Source of the DNA: an uncultured archaeon
Lineage (GTDB): Archaea > Altiarchaeota > Altiarchaeia > IMC4 > QMZM01
DNA: 64,000 nt
Direction: 5' to 3'
Assembly: GCA_964549685.1 (NCBI GenBank)
Contig: CAZJVE010000002.1
Location: 79,520-143,519 of the forward strand
Positions 38,266-48,730 of the stretch are shown here, one piece after another. The position numbers and the translations under genes were made by a program. How positions within the stretch are numbered: the first letter of the stretch is position 1; each line of letters opens with the position of its first letter. The notes below the pieces were generated by a model that searched no databases, was not told the DNA's origin, and worked only from the letters and a program-made list of their open reading frames with translations.

Positions 38266-39939
38266 ATGACTAACATGGAATTCTCAGAACTCGCTTCGGT
38301 GTATCAAAAACTTGAGGGGATTTCGGGCAGACTGGAGATGACGTCCGTTGTTTCCGAGTTCCTGAAGACCGTTCCCGATGATGAGCTCTCCACCGTAATC
38401 ATGTTCCTCCAGGGAAAGGCATTCCCGCTCTGGAGCGAGAAGGAGCTTGGCATAGGCGGCAAGCTGATGATCCGGGCCATCTCCAACATCTCCGGCTTTC
38501 CCGAGGAGAAGGTCGTGGACGAGGTTCGCGAGAAGGGGGATACCGGCCTTGCGGCCGAGGAGCTCCTTGTCAATAAGACCCAGACTACTCTCTTCAAGGA
38601 GAAGCTGACTCTCCGTAAGGTCAGCGACAACCTCAACAAGCTGGCCGGCCTCACAGGGAAGGGGGCGCAGGACAAGAAGATTTCCTACATCAACGAGCTG
38701 CTGTCTTTTGCGAGCCCGGTGGAGAGCAGATACCTCGTGAAAATCATCCTGGAGGAACTTAGACTGGGAGTCGGCAGGGGGGTTGTAAGGGACGCGATAG
38801 CTGGAGCATTCGAGGTCGATGCCGCGCTGGTCGACAGGGCATATTCACTGACGTCTGACCTGGGAGAGGTTGCAAGGACCGCTAAGTCCAAGGGCAACAA
38901 GGGCCTTGAGCTTGCCATGATGAAGACCGGAGTCCCGGTCGAGGTTATGCTGGCGCAGAAGGTTGCCGGCATTGAAGAGGCCCTTGAAAAATTCAGCCCC
39001 GCCGCCTTCGAGGTTAAGTACGACGGGGCCAGGATTCAAATTCACAAGGAGGGGGACAAGATAACGCTATTCACCAGAAGGCTGGAGAACGTGACAAAGC
39101 AATTCCCGGAGATTGTGGAGGAATCGAGGGAGAATATAACTGCCGGGTCTGCCATAGTGGAGGGCGAGCTTGTTGCGATAAAGGATGGCCGTCATCCCCG
39201 GCCCTTTCAGGACCTGTCGCGAAGAATAAAGAGGAAGTATAATATTGAAGAGATGGTCGGGAAGATTCCGGTTGAAATTAATCTGTTCGATGCCATCTAT
39301 CATGAGGGAAAGAGCGTGATAGATTCAGGATTCAAGAAGAGGAGGAAGATTCTGGAGAAGATTGTTTCTCCAACCGAACAATTTAGAATCGCCGATGACC
39401 TTATAACGGAGGATGCCTCCGAGGCCGGGAAATTCTATCAGAAAGCCCTGGACCTGGGGCACGAGGGCGTGATGGTCAAGAATCTTGATGCCCCCTACCA
39501 GCCCGGCTCCAGAGTGGGTCACATGTACAAGGTCAAGCCGATAATGGAAACCCTCGATTTGGTTCTTGTAGGGGCAACATGGGGCGAGGGGAGGAGGGCA
39601 AACTGGCTTGCCTCATACCTTCTTGCAGTCCTCGACCCGGACAGCGGCCAGCTTCTCACGATAGGAAGAATGGGCACCGGTTTTACTGACGAGGAGTTCA
39701 AGAGCATGACCGAGCTGCTGAATGAGCAGGTTCTGGAAGAAGCAGGGAAGGAGGTGAAGCTCCGCCCCTCAGTAGTCGTCGAGGTCGCCTATGAAGAAAT
39801 TCAGAAGTCCCCGACCTATGAGTCCGGCTACGCATTAAGGTTCCCGCGCCTTGTCAGAATCCGCGATGATAAGGGCGTGGACGATGCCGACACCCTGGCA
39901 AGGGTCGAGGAGATTATCGGCTCTAGGAAGGGTCAGTAA
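38266..39939 (+). CDS. lig: ATP-dependent DNA ligase
   Basis: Adenylation motif EVKYDGARIQIH, EGVMVK, and the OB-fold motif LRFPRLVRIRDDK. Confidence 0.95.
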   Translation: MTNMEFSELASVYQKLEGISGRLEMTSVVSEFLKTVPDDELSTVIMFLQGKAFPLWSEKELGIGGKLMIRAISNISGFPEEKVVDEVREKGDTGLAAEELLVNKTQTTLFKEKLTLRKVSDNLNKLAGLTGKGAQDKKISYINELLSFASPVESRYLVKIILEELRLGVGRGVVRDAIAGAFEVDAALVDRAYSLTSDLGEVARTAKSKGNKGLELAMMKTGVPVEVMLAQKVAGIEEALEKFSPAAFEVKYDGARIQIHKEGDKITLFTRRLENVTKQFPEIVEESRENITAGSAIVEGELVAIKDGRHPRPFQDLSRRIKRKYNIEEMVGKIPVEINLFDAIYHEGKSVIDSGFKKRRKILEKIVSPTEQFRIADDLITEDASEAGKFYQKALDLGHEGVMVKNLDAPYQPGSRVGHMYKVKPIMETLDLVLVGATWGEGRRANWLASYLLAVLDPDSGQLLTIGRMGTGFTDEEFKSMTELLNEQVLEEAGKEVKLRPSVVVEVAYEEIQKSPTYESGYALRFPRLVRIRDDKGVDDADTLARVEEIIGSRKGQ

Positions 39940-41572
39940 CCCGGCCGATGAACAGGATATTCCCTGTTCCCTTCTCTTGTATTATGAAGATAAACGGGTG
40001 GTCTGCGCGGAATATCTTGTATTTTGGCTCCTGGACCGACGTTATCCCTATCACCACACCCGTCGCAGCCGCAGCCTCCGTTCCCTCCTCATTCACCTCA
40101 ACGAACGCCTGGTGAATCACGTTGCTGATGAACAAATCCCTGGTGCCGTCCATCCCGGAGAAGTCCGCGACCTCGCTGTCGAACGCGTCCACCATATTCA
40201 GCTCCCTCAGTACCTCCGGAAGGAAGTACTTCGTCTCCAGTTTGAATTTGGGAAGGTAGACACGCACCTCTTCTTCCCTGAGGTCGCTCCTCCACAGGTT
40301 TATATCATCCGCTGAAAGGGACTCCTCCAAATCCTCAAGGTCGTTCTCCTTTGGAAGGATGACGAGCATCGAGACCTCCTCACCGTCATAGGGGAGTTCA
40401 AGAACCTGAGCATCTTCATCCTCGGCATAATTGAACTTTACATCATCGCCAGTCAGGCGCATCATCTGTGCCGTTACCGTCTCCTCCGGGCTGACGTGAA
40501 AGTCCTGGTCCGTTGTATCCTCCTCGTCGAACTGCATGACCCAGGTTCCCTTGAAGTATATGGCATTGGTAAGAACCATCCTTGTTAGGGGGCTGAGCAC
40601 CCCCGCGGGAATCAGGTCCTTTATCTTGTCGTTCGTCTTCTCCTCGACCCATGAGTTGATTGTCTGCCTCGAGCTTTCGGCTGCGGTGACGTAGTCGAGG
40701 GCCGTGACCTCCCCGCCGTAGTAGGTTCTTATGGTATCGATGTAGCTGTCAAGGAAGGGGTAGTCCTGCTGAGGCCACAGGGCATTCGCTGTAAGCAGCT
40801 CGTATCCCTTGTCCTCTCTGTTAATCCCCTCCTGAACCTCCTTGAATGAGCTCCTCCTGCTCTCATCGTCCTCGGGGAGATGGAGAACCTCCTGCATCTC
40901 TTCCGCGGTCTGGCCTCCCGCTCCTTCATAGGTCATTGCCAGGGCGGAGAGGATACTCCATGGAGAATAGAACATGTTGCCGTCAGAATCCCTCAGCTCC
41001 TGGTAGAGGTCGAGGGCGAATTCGTTGTTCGCTTCCACAATGTCGTTGCTCACATCTACGACCGGGGCGTCGCCGGTGGATTCTTCTGCGACGCAGTAAC
41101 CCAGGGCATCGGCTATTCCCGACGGTGCTTTGCACGTATATCCTTCAGGGCACGCAAAGCCCGCTATTCCTGCGCACTCGCACAGGGCCTCGCAGACGGA
41201 GGGACAGGCCATATCCTTCCCTTGGTTATCTATCCTGCATCTGTTTGAACAGCTTCTCCAGTTCCCACCAGCAGATTCGCAGAGCTCTTCGCTCATTTCC
41301 TGAACAGGACACGCCGCAAATTCGCAGTCCGGGCCTTCTCTCACAACTACTGTGCCGTCAGGGCATATCTTGGCATCCTCGGGGCAGCCAACCGGCTGTG
41401 GCTCAGGGCACGCTGCAAATTCACAGTCCGGTGCGACCCTTCCAACGGCAGTACCATCGGGGCACGTCTTGGCGTCCAGTGTACAGGCAACCGGCTCTTC
41501 TGACTTTTCTGGTTGAATGCATCCCATGAAAAGTGCCGATATCGCCAGCAACAAAATAATCTTATCTTTCAT
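39923..41572 (-). CDS. lipoprotein serpin (inhibitory type) with Cys-rich N-terminal extension
   Basis: Lipobox-like LFMGC. Duplicated C..DAK.CPDGT.V.R..PDCEFAACP units. Serpin core SPWSILSALAMTYEGAGG. Hinge EEGTEAAAATGVVIGITSV and C-terminal FRADHPFIFIIQE. Confidence 0.9.
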   Translation of the reverse strand: MKDKIILLLAISALFMGCIQPEKSEEPVACTLDAKTCPDGTAVGRVAPDCEFAACPEPQPVGCPEDAKICPDGTVVVREGPDCEFAACPVQEMSEELCESAGGNWRSCSNRCRIDNQGKDMACPSVCEALCECAGIAGFACPEGYTCKAPSGIADALGYCVAEESTGDAPVVDVSNDIVEANNEFALDLYQELRDSDGNMFYSPWSILSALAMTYEGAGGQTAEEMQEVLHLPEDDESRRSSFKEVQEGINREDKGYELLTANALWPQQDYPFLDSYIDTIRTYYGGEVTALDYVTAAESSRQTINSWVEEKTNDKIKDLIPAGVLSPLTRMVLTNAIYFKGTWVMQFDEEDTTDQDFHVSPEETVTAQMMRLTGDDVKFNYAEDEDAQVLELPYDGEEVSMLVILPKENDLEDLEESLSADDINLWRSDLREEEVRVYLPKFKLETKYFLPEVLRELNMVDAFDSEVADFSGMDGTRDLFISNVIHQAFVEVNEEGTEAAAATGVVIGITSVQEPKYKIFRADHPFIFIIQEKGTGNILFIGRVTDPS

Positions 41573-41612
41573 TCTATTACTAATTTCACAGAAGCTATAA
41601 AAAGTGTTGCGG

Positions 41613-41638
41613 TTTTTCTTCGGTCCAGACCGAAAGAA
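41613..41638. terminator. imperfect hairpin just 3' of the 41639..41923 gene
   Basis: ttcttcggtc-cag-accgaaagaa starts immediately after the stop codon. The serpin promoter-like ctataaaaag follows. Confidence 0.3.
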
Positions 41639-41923
41639 TCAGATGTCAGACCTTGCGGGCGCCTTCAGCCCGAACCTGTGGCCGCACCTGGGACAGGTCG
41701 TATGACTTCCCTTAGCATCGTTGTCAACCACTCCAAGGAGCCGCAGAGACTCCGTCCTCCTGTTCCTCGCCTCATCTATGATGTCCGCCATCAGCCTGTA
41801 GCGCGCGGGCATATGGGCGCGAATATCCCTCCTGGTTTCAGGAGTGAGGTTGAGGCGCTTCTTTTTCCTTCCCTTTCTCGGAAGTGCTTTGAGGCTCGAC
41901 CTGTGCAGAGCTTTTACGGCCAT
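41639..41923 (-). CDS. small basic hypothetical protein with C-terminal CPRCG motif
   Basis: 94-aa ORF, Lys/Arg-rich N-terminus. No family recognised. Confidence 0.4.
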   Translation of the reverse strand: MAVKALHRSSLKALPRKGRKKKRLNLTPETRRDIRAHMPARYRLMADIIDEARNRRTESLRLLGVVDNDAKGSHTTCPRCGHRFGLKAPARSDI

Positions 41924-41962
41924 TTTCGGATTATATTATTTGCTAAGAACTATAAAAGGAGT

Positions 41963-42772
41963 TTATTTCAGGCCGAGAACGTCGGCCATGGAGAAGATTC
42001 CCTTCTTTCCGCTGATGAATTGAACTGCCCTGATGACGCCGCTGGAGAACGCTCCTCTGGAATGCGCCCTGTGCGTAATTTCCACTCTCTCGCCCAGCGT
42101 GCCGAACAGGACCGTATGCTCGCCGACAATGTCCCCCGCCCTTATCGCATGGATTCCGATTTCTCCGGGCTGTCTTTCCTTGATTCCCTCTCTTCCGTAG
42201 ACTGCTGAGTCGGAAAGCTTTTCGTTCAGCTCATCGGCTATGACCTCAGCGGTCTTCTTTGCAGTCCCTGACGGGGCGTCCTTCTTGAACCTGTGATGTG
42301 CCTCGGTAATCTCGATGTCGTAGTCCTTCAGGAGTCCCGTGGCGTTCCTGACCATCTCCCAGAATACGTTGACTCCGACGCTCATGTTCGGGGAGATGAC
42401 CGCGCCGATTCCCGCGCCTTCGATATTCTTCTTTAACTCCCCCGTCTGCTCATCGGAAAGTCCCGTAGTTCCGATGACCATATCAATCTTGTTCTCACAA
42501 ACGATTGCGGAATTCTTTACGCATGCCCCGGGGCCTGAAAAGTCCACCACGACGTCGGGCTTTGCCCGGTCGAGGATGTCCATAAGGTTTCCTGCCCCGG
42601 CAACGGTTACGCCAAGGGCTGGAATTCCCGCGAGAGCGCCGGCATCTTGGCCCACAGCAGGGCTGTCGTCGCTGTCTATTGCAGCAACAACCTGCATGCC
42701 TTCGGCTGCAGCATTCCGAACTATCTCCCTGCCCATCCTGCCCATGCCGAGCATTGCGATTTTCGTTGCCAT
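41963..42772 (-). CDS. dapB: 4-hydroxy-tetrahydrodipicolinate reductase
   Basis: KIAMLGMGRMGREI, GTTG, and EAHHRFKKDAPSGTA. Confidence 0.9.
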   Translation of the reverse strand: MATKIAMLGMGRMGREIVRNAAAEGMQVVAAIDSDDSPAVGQDAGALAGIPALGVTVAGAGNLMDILDRAKPDVVVDFSGPGACVKNSAIVCENKIDMVIGTTGLSDEQTGELKKNIEGAGIGAVISPNMSVGVNVFWEMVRNATGLLKDYDIEITEAHHRFKKDAPSGTAKKTAEVIADELNEKLSDSAVYGREGIKERQPGEIGIHAIRAGDIVGEHTVLFGTLGERVEITHRAHSRGAFSSGVIRAVQFISGKKGIFSMADVLGLK

Positions 42773-42828
42773 CTCTACCTATAATATTGAATTGAGAGAT
42801 ATATTAATCCAGATTTTCATATTATTAC

Positions 42829-43212
42829 ATGGCTGATGTCCTGATAATTGCTGGAAGCGAGTCTGACAAGGAGATTGTGAAGAAGGCAGAGGACGTGCTG
42901 AAGGAGAACAAGGTTTCTTACGACATCGAATACTGCTCCGCGCACCGGGAGCCGGACAGGCTCAAGGAGATTGTTGGAAAAGCCGATGCGAAGGTATTCA
43001 TCTGCATTGCGGGTTTGTCAGCAGCTTTACCCGGAGTGGTTGCCTCCATAACAAAGAAGCCGGTCATCGGAGTTCCTGTTGCGGTGAAGCTTGATGGTCT
43101 TGATGCCCTGCTCAGCAGCATGCAAATGCCGAAGGGCGTTCCCGTAGCAACGGTGGGAATAGACAACGGCCAGAACGCTGCGTGGCTGGCTATTCGAATC
43201 CTGTCTCTCTGA
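42829..43212 (+). CDS. purE: phosphoribosylaminoimidazole carboxylase catalytic subunit / N5-CAIR mutase (short PurE)
   Basis: [22 protein letters not shown], and [24 protein letters not shown]. Confidence 0.85.
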   Translation: MADVLIIAGSESDKEIVKKAEDVLKENKVSYDIEYCSAHREPDRLKEIVGKADAKVFICIAGLSAALPGVVASITKKPVIGVPVAVKLDGLDALLSSMQMPKGVPVATVGIDNGQNAAWLAIRILSL

Positions 43213-43864
43213 TTAGGAGCTGGCCCCTCAGACCGTCCCATATCTTTTCCGATTTCTTTATCTCTATCTTCTTCTTGAATATCGGGCCGTTGATGACGAA
43301 AGTTTCATACTCTCCACCCTCCCCGCCGACATCAATGCCGAATTTCCTGGAGAGCTTTTTTAATTCCTCCAGCGCCCCGGAATCCAATGTCCTGCCCAGC
43401 CAGCTGTCGTCAAGGCCATCGGCTGCGACCCCCACAATGACCGTCTCGAATCCCGCATCTATAGCATCCGTGACCAGCTCCTCGTGATTATGCTGCCAGT
43501 AGGGGGCGACTGCCTCAAGACCAAGCTCCTCGCAGGCCTTTGAGACTATTCCATGCTGGTAGTTCGACCTTACTGCTCCTGCAACGACGCCCTCGACCCC
43601 GAATTCCCTCTTCATCTCCGCCAGTGAATTCGCCATGTCTACGTTCTCCTGCGGGGGCTTTCCGGAGGTCTTTCGCTGCACGATTGGAATTTCCATTGCT
43701 TCAGCCTGGACCTTCGTCAGCTCTATGTTGGGGTAATGGAACATGTAGCTGTCGTCCCTTTCAGGAAGCATTGTCAAGAGGACGGAGATTTCATGCTCCT
43801 CCATGGCCTTGTACATGGCCATGGTCGAGTCCTTCCCTCCCGAAAACAAGGAACAGAGCTTCAT
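43190..43864 (-). CDS. dph6: diphthine--ammonia ligase (Dph6-type PP-loop ATPase, MJ0570 family)
   Basis: PP-loop LFSGGKDST and the family-typical SNYQ...ELGLE pattern. Confidence 0.75.
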   Translation of the reverse strand: MKLCSLFSGGKDSTMAMYKAMEEHEISVLLTMLPERDDSYMFHYPNIELTKVQAEAMEIPIVQRKTSGKPPQENVDMANSLAEMKREFGVEGVVAGAVRSNYQHGIVSKACEELGLEAVAPYWQHNHEELVTDAIDAGFETVIVGVAADGLDDSWLGRTLDSGALEELKKLSRKFGIDVGGEGGEYETFVINGPIFKKKIEIKKSEKIWDGLRGQLLIRETGFE

Positions 43865-43902
43865 TCTGTTTTAATCTTGGATTTCAATAGTTAATACTTT
43901 CG

Positions 43903-46269
43903 ATGGACAAGCGCTACAACCCGAAGGATATAGAGCCGAAGTGGCAGAAGAGCTGGAAGGGGAAGAAGGCACACAGGTTCAATCCCGGCTCTGAAAAGGA
44001 CGTCTATTCCATAGACACCCCGCCGCCCTTCACCTCGGGAACGCTGCACATGGGCCACGTCTATAACCACGTCTGGATTGACCTCGTTGCCCGATACAAG
44101 AGAATGAGGGGCTTTGAGGTCTACCTGCCGCAGGGCTTCGACTGCCATGGGTTGCCGACAGAACTGAGAGTGGAGGAGGAGGTAGGGGTCAAGAAGGAGA
44201 GCAGGGAGGAATTCCTGAAGGCGTGCCAGGACTGGACAGAGACTGCGATAGAGAGGATGAGGAAGCAGTTCGATGATATCGGCTATTCCGCAGACTGGGA
44301 TTACACCTACAAGACCATGGACGGCTCCTACAAGGCGCTGGTCCAGGGCACTCTGCTCGATTTCTATGAAAAGGGGCTGCTCTACAGGGAGAAGCACCCG
44401 GTTCTCTGGTGCCCGCAGTGCGAGACAGCACTGGCAAAGGCCGAGGTGGGGCACGTCGAGAGGGCCGGAAAATTCTATCACATAGACCTGGACTGCGAGG
44501 GGCATAAGCTTACAATAGCCACAACGAGACCGGAGATGATGCCGGCCTGCGTTGCGGTATTCGTGCATCCGGAAGACAAGAGGTACAAGAAATTCGTTGG
44601 CAAGAAGGCGAAAATGCCAATATTCGGTCAGGAGGTGCCAATCCTGGAAGACGAAGCAGTCGACATGGAATTCGGAACCGGGGTTGTCTACCTTTGTACC
44701 TTTGGAGATGAGCAGGACATTGCGTGGCAGAAGAAGTACAAGCTCCCGGTCATTGAGGCCCTCGACAAGAAGGGCAACATGACCGAGGTCGCAGGGAAGT
44801 ATGCAGGCATGAGTTCAAAGGAGGCGCAGAAGAAGATTTCCGAGGACTTGGTTGAGTCCGGTCACATAAGAAAGATTGAAGACCTGACCCATGCCGTCCT
44901 GTCGCATACCGAAAGGAGCTCCTGCAAAACCCCTATCGAACTGTTGCCATTAAAGCAGTGGTTCATCAAGGTCAAGGAATTCAACCAGGACATCATAAAG
45001 GCGGCGAAGGAGATGAACTGGTATCCTGGCTATATGTTACAGCGCCTGATAGACTGGACCGAGTCCATGGACTGGGACTGGATAATCTCCAGGCAGAGGG
45101 TATTTGGCACTCCCATCCCGTTCTGGGTCTGCGACTGCGGGGAGATTGTCGCCGCTGAAAGGAAGAAGCTGCCGGTCGACCCCAGGGGGACAAAGAGGAA
45201 GTGCCCTGGCTGCGGCAAAGAGGCCGAAGGGGTCAGGGACGTCTGCGACTGCTGGGTCGATTCGTCTGTAACTCCGTTAATAATCTCAAAGTGGGGCTCG
45301 GACGAGGAGTTCTTCAAGAAGACCTATCCATCTTCACTGAGGCCGCAGGGCTACGAGATTATAAGGACTTGGGCATTCTATACCATCTTCAGGGATTTGA
45401 TGCTGACGGGGAAGCCGTGCTTCAAGGACCTCATGATAAACGGTATGGTTGCAGGTCCTGATGGCAGGAAGATGTCCAAGTCCCTCGGCAACGTCATTGA
45501 GCCGGAGGAGCCGCTGGAGAAGTATTCTGCTGACACCATAAGACAGTGGGCGGCCAACGGAACTCTTGGAGCGGACTATCCATTCTCCTGGGAGGAGTGC
45601 GAACACTCACAGAAGTTCATGACGAAGCTCTGGAACGTCAGCAGGTTCATAGGAATGCACCTCGAGGGCTACGACGGCAAGGAAGGCAAGATGAGAGACG
45701 TCGACCGCTGGCTGCTGACAAAGCTGCAGAAACTGGTTGAGGAATGCACGAAGAGCATGGATTCATACGTATTCAACATTCCCCTGGACAGGATAAGGAG
45801 CTTTATCTGGCACGATTTAGCCGATAATTACCTGGAGATGGTGAAGCACCGCCTCTATAAACCAGAGATTTACGGGGAGGATTCAAGGAAGGGGGCACAG
45901 TATGCCCTGCATCTCACGCTGAGGACGGTTCTAAGTCTTCTTGCCCCGTTCACCCCCCATATCTGCGACGAGCTCTGGGAGGGCCTGCTGAAGGAGGGGG
46001 GTGCAACCTCCTCGCAGTGGCCGGAGGTTGATAAAAAGCTCGTTGACGAGGATGCCGAAAAAGCCGGAGAAATCCTCGTGGACATCGTAACAAGAATCCG
46101 CAAGCATAAATCAGATAATAATCTCTCTCTGGGCAGTGAATTGGAAAGGGCCAAAATCCTCGCGCCGAAGGAGATGGGAGTTGAAAAAATCAAGGAAGAT
46201 ATCTCCGGAACTGGAAAGATAAAGGATATTGAGATTGCCGAAGGCCCCGAGCTGAAACTGGAGTTCTAA
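43903..46269 (+). CDS. valS: valine--tRNA ligase (short archaeal form)
   Basis: TPPPFTSGTLHMGH (HIGH), WCPQCETALAKAEV, IATTRPEMM, VHPEDKRY, FGTG, and KMSKS. IleRS is less likely given the length and editing-domain motifs. Confidence 0.75.
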   Translation: MDKRYNPKDIEPKWQKSWKGKKAHRFNPGSEKDVYSIDTPPPFTSGTLHMGHVYNHVWIDLVARYKRMRGFEVYLPQGFDCHGLPTELRVEEEVGVKKESREEFLKACQDWTETAIERMRKQFDDIGYSADWDYTYKTMDGSYKALVQGTLLDFYEKGLLYREKHPVLWCPQCETALAKAEVGHVERAGKFYHIDLDCEGHKLTIATTRPEMMPACVAVFVHPEDKRYKKFVGKKAKMPIFGQEVPILEDEAVDMEFGTGVVYLCTFGDEQDIAWQKKYKLPVIEALDKKGNMTEVAGKYAGMSSKEAQKKISEDLVESGHIRKIEDLTHAVLSHTERSSCKTPIELLPLKQWFIKVKEFNQDIIKAAKEMNWYPGYMLQRLIDWTESMDWDWIISRQRVFGTPIPFWVCDCGEIVAAERKKLPVDPRGTKRKCPGCGKEAEGVRDVCDCWVDSSVTPLIISKWGSDEEFFKKTYPSSLRPQGYEIIRTWAFYTIFRDLMLTGKPCFKDLMINGMVAGPDGRKMSKSLGNVIEPEEPLEKYSADTIRQWAANGTLGADYPFSWEECEHSQKFMTKLWNVSRFIGMHLEGYDGKEGKMRDVDRWLLTKLQKLVEECTKSMDSYVFNIPLDRIRSFIWHDLADNYLEMVKHRLYKPEIYGEDSRKGAQYALHLTLRTVLSLLAPFTPHICDELWEGLLKEGGATSSQWPEVDKKLVDEDAEKAGEILVDIVTRIRKHKSDNNLSLGSELERAKILAPKEMGVEKIKEDISGTGKIKDIEIAEGPELKLEF

Positions 46270-46270
46270 A

Positions 46271-46567
46271 ATGCCCAAGAAAAGATTTGGAAACCAGACC
46301 GCGGACCAGATACTGAAGCACCTGATAAACCTTCTTGACCCGGCAGCAAAGTACACACTCTCCGTCGACCCGTTGAACGTTCACTTCACCATCAGGGAGG
46401 CCATCGGGAAGACGCCCCGCTCCGAGAAGAGGAATAGATTGAGGGCAGCGCAGAGGAACCTCAGCAAGGGCAGGAAGAAGCACATGGCCACGAAGAAGAC
46501 GACCCGGCCGAAGATAAGGACTGTGAAGAAGGGAAGAACGGTGAACCTGAAGGGGCAGGTTTATTAA
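46271..46567 (+). CDS. basic hypothetical protein
   Basis: 98-aa ORF starting 2 nt after valS. Lys/Arg-rich C-terminus. No family recognised. Confidence 0.4.
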   Translation: MPKKRFGNQTADQILKHLINLLDPAAKYTLSVDPLNVHFTIREAIGKTPRSEKRNRLRAAQRNLSKGRKKHMATKKTTRPKIRTVKKGRTVNLKGQVY

Positions 46568-46579
46568 CTCCCCAAAGCC

Positions 46580-47461
46580 ATGTATAACGGGATGAAAAGA
46601 CTGGTTTTGATGTTCCTGGTTATTCTACTCAGCGGATGCATTGGGGTGAGGGACGAGACGCCGTCGGTTTTACAGAACACCAGCTCGACAAGAGCCAGGA
46701 TTATGATTGACACGCTGGGAGAGTTCGAATTCAATCCCAACGAGGTTGTTACAGTAAGGGAGGACATCTTTGTGGACGGACAATTCTCCATTTTTGACAT
46801 TCTGGTTTACCTGGACAACGATGGTTCAATCGACATGGAGTATCGGTTCGATGAGGAGATTAACACGCACGTCGTAGAATCCATCAACGGTAAAGAGGGC
46901 TGGTGGTACATGGCCTATTATAGCGGCGGCTGGTCCGAGAACAATGTCTTCAGGATGGACCACTACCCCTACAAGGAGAGTACGTATATAAGGATTATCG
47001 AAGAGGACGCGGGAATGCTGGAGGAGATGTACGGCGTCTTCAGGGAGGAGATAGACAGAAAGGAGCAGAACAACGGCAAGGTGATAATCCCCAGAGTCAT
47101 TATCGACGGGCCGAGAACCAACCTACGGCTGAATGATGTCGAGGTTACTGCGCATAATCTCAGAGATGACGTGTTCCAGCCCGGGACCATAACTGCAATC
47201 GATGTCATCATGTCCTTGGCCGAGCAGGGGAAACTCACATATGACCTCCAATGGTACGATTCGATTGGCAGGGCAAGGGTCGTGAGGAGCTACTGGGTCA
47301 GCAGGATAGATAACGACGCAAGCCACGGCCGCTGCGGCTTCGTCTATGAGGCGGGTTCATCCACCTATAGCGGCTTCAGGGGGAACCACATACACATTCC
47401 TGCAGATACGAGAGTCATAAATTCGCCGGAATACGAGGAGTGGTTCTGGATTTGCTTATAG
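46580..47461 (+). CDS. lipoprotein with two DUF4430-like (transcobalamin-like beta) repeats
   Basis: Lipobox LLSGC. SINGKEGWWYMAYYSGGW and ITAIDVIMSLAEQG...YWVSRIDN resemble the DUF4430 pattern. The assignment is weak. Confidence 0.55.
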   Translation: MYNGMKRLVLMFLVILLSGCIGVRDETPSVLQNTSSTRARIMIDTLGEFEFNPNEVVTVREDIFVDGQFSIFDILVYLDNDGSIDMEYRFDEEINTHVVESINGKEGWWYMAYYSGGWSENNVFRMDHYPYKESTYIRIIEEDAGMLEEMYGVFREEIDRKEQNNGKVIIPRVIIDGPRTNLRLNDVEVTAHNLRDDVFQPGTITAIDVIMSLAEQGKLTYDLQWYDSIGRARVVRSYWVSRIDNDASHGRCGFVYEAGSSTYSGFRGNHIHIPADTRVINSPEYEEWFWICL

Positions 47462-47486
47462 TCTTTCAAGGATATAGGGTAGGGGG

Positions 47487-48152
47487 ATGGAAACAAAAAT
47501 TGTATGTCTGGTGATGCTGACCTCATTCATTTTCATGTCTGGCTGCGTGTATCAGGACGAGAGCCAGTCGGTGAAAGAACTGCCGGAGGTGGGAGTCATG
47601 GAATACGAGGGTGAAAAGCTGTCGTCGGTAAACGACTTCAGGGAGAATTCAATACTTGGTCCGCAATATGTCGATGTCGAAACCTACAGGCTTGAGATTT
47701 CAGGCCTGGTGGAGAATCCGGAGGAGTACACCTACGAGGAAGTGCTGGACAGGCAGAAATACTCCAAGGTCGTAACGCTGCACTGTGTCGAGGGCTGGAG
47801 TGTGACGCTGCTGTGGGAGGGCGTCATGCTAAAGGACCTGTTGGAAGAGGCAGGAATAAAACCGGAGGCGAATACCATTATATTCTATGCCCATGACGGC
47901 TATTCGAGCTCGCTGCCCCTGGACTACATACTGGACAATGACATTATCATGGCCCATAGGATGAACGATGCGCCCCTGCTGCCGGAGCGGGGTTTCCCGT
48001 TCCAGCTGGTCGCCGAGGAGAAATGGGGCTACAAGTGGGTCAAGTGGATAACAAAGATCGAGCTGTCAAACAGGGCGGATTACAAGGGTTACTGGGAGAC
48101 CAGGGGCTACAACAATGACGGAGACCTCGACGGGCCGAAGCTTGAGAGGTAG
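47487..48152 (+). CDS. molybdopterin-dependent oxidoreductase (YedY/MsrP / sulfite-oxidase-fold), lipoprotein
   Basis: Lipobox FMSGC. LHCVEGWSVTLLWEGVMLKDLL, HDGYSSSLPLD, PERGFPFQLVAEEKWGYKWVKWITKIE. Confidence 0.8.
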   Translation: METKIVCLVMLTSFIFMSGCVYQDESQSVKELPEVGVMEYEGEKLSSVNDFRENSILGPQYVDVETYRLEISGLVENPEEYTYEEVLDRQKYSKVVTLHCVEGWSVTLLWEGVMLKDLLEEAGIKPEANTIIFYAHDGYSSSLPLDYILDNDIIMAHRMNDAPLLPERGFPFQLVAEEKWGYKWVKWITKIELSNRADYKGYWETRGYNNDGDLDGPKLER

Positions 48153-48199
48153 CGAGGCACTATCTTTTATAAAGTAGGCACCATATTATATAGGTTGAA

Positions 48200-48727
48200 A
48201 TGAAAAGGTTCGCTTTATTTGCACTAATTGCGCTGGTTCTAATCAGTGGATGTACTCAGCAGCAGGAATCGCCGGAAACCACTATCATTGCAACGACCCT
48301 GCAGCAGGAGACGACTCTGGCGGAGGAGACGACCATTGCACAGGAGACGACGGTTCAGGCAGAGGAGACGAGCACCGTGGGAGAGGTGACGACAACTTTG
48401 GAGGAGAGCAGCACCATCCAGCCAGAGGAAACGATTACCCTTGCAGAACCCACTGTTCGCGAATTCTCCATGACGGCCAAAAGATTCAGCTTCGACCCGG
48501 GCACGATAACAGTTAATCAGGGCGACATAGTCAGGATAACGCTTACAACTACGGACGTAGCGCACGGATTGGGAATAAGGGAATACAACATCGATGAAGA
48601 AATCAACCCCGGCGAAGAAAAAATAATCGAGTTCACTGCAAACAAGAGGGGAACCTTCACTTTCTACTGCTCCGTTTTCTGCGGCGGCGGCCACCGGGGC
48701 ATGACCGGCACGCTAATAGTGGAATAA
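48200..48727 (+). CDS. cupredoxin-fold lipoprotein with CuA-like ligand motif
   Basis: Lipobox LISGC, an acidic Thr/Glu linker, HGLGI, then FYCSVFCGGGHRGMTG (C-x3-C-x3-H-x2-M). Confidence 0.7.
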   Translation: MKRFALFALIALVLISGCTQQQESPETTIIATTLQQETTLAEETTIAQETTVQAEETSTVGEVTTTLEESSTIQPEETITLAEPTVREFSMTAKRFSFDPGTITVNQGDIVRITLTTTDVAHGLGIREYNIDEEINPGEEKIIEFTANKRGTFTFYCSVFCGGGHRGMTGTLIVE

Positions 48728-48730
48728 AAA

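Noticed and set aside
40846-41529. 227-aa plus-strand ORF
   Set aside because: It is antisense to the serpin gene. It is Arg/Pro/Ser-rich with no motifs.
43891-44568. 225-aa minus-strand ORF
   Set aside because: It is antisense to the HIGH-motif region of valS and has no independent support.
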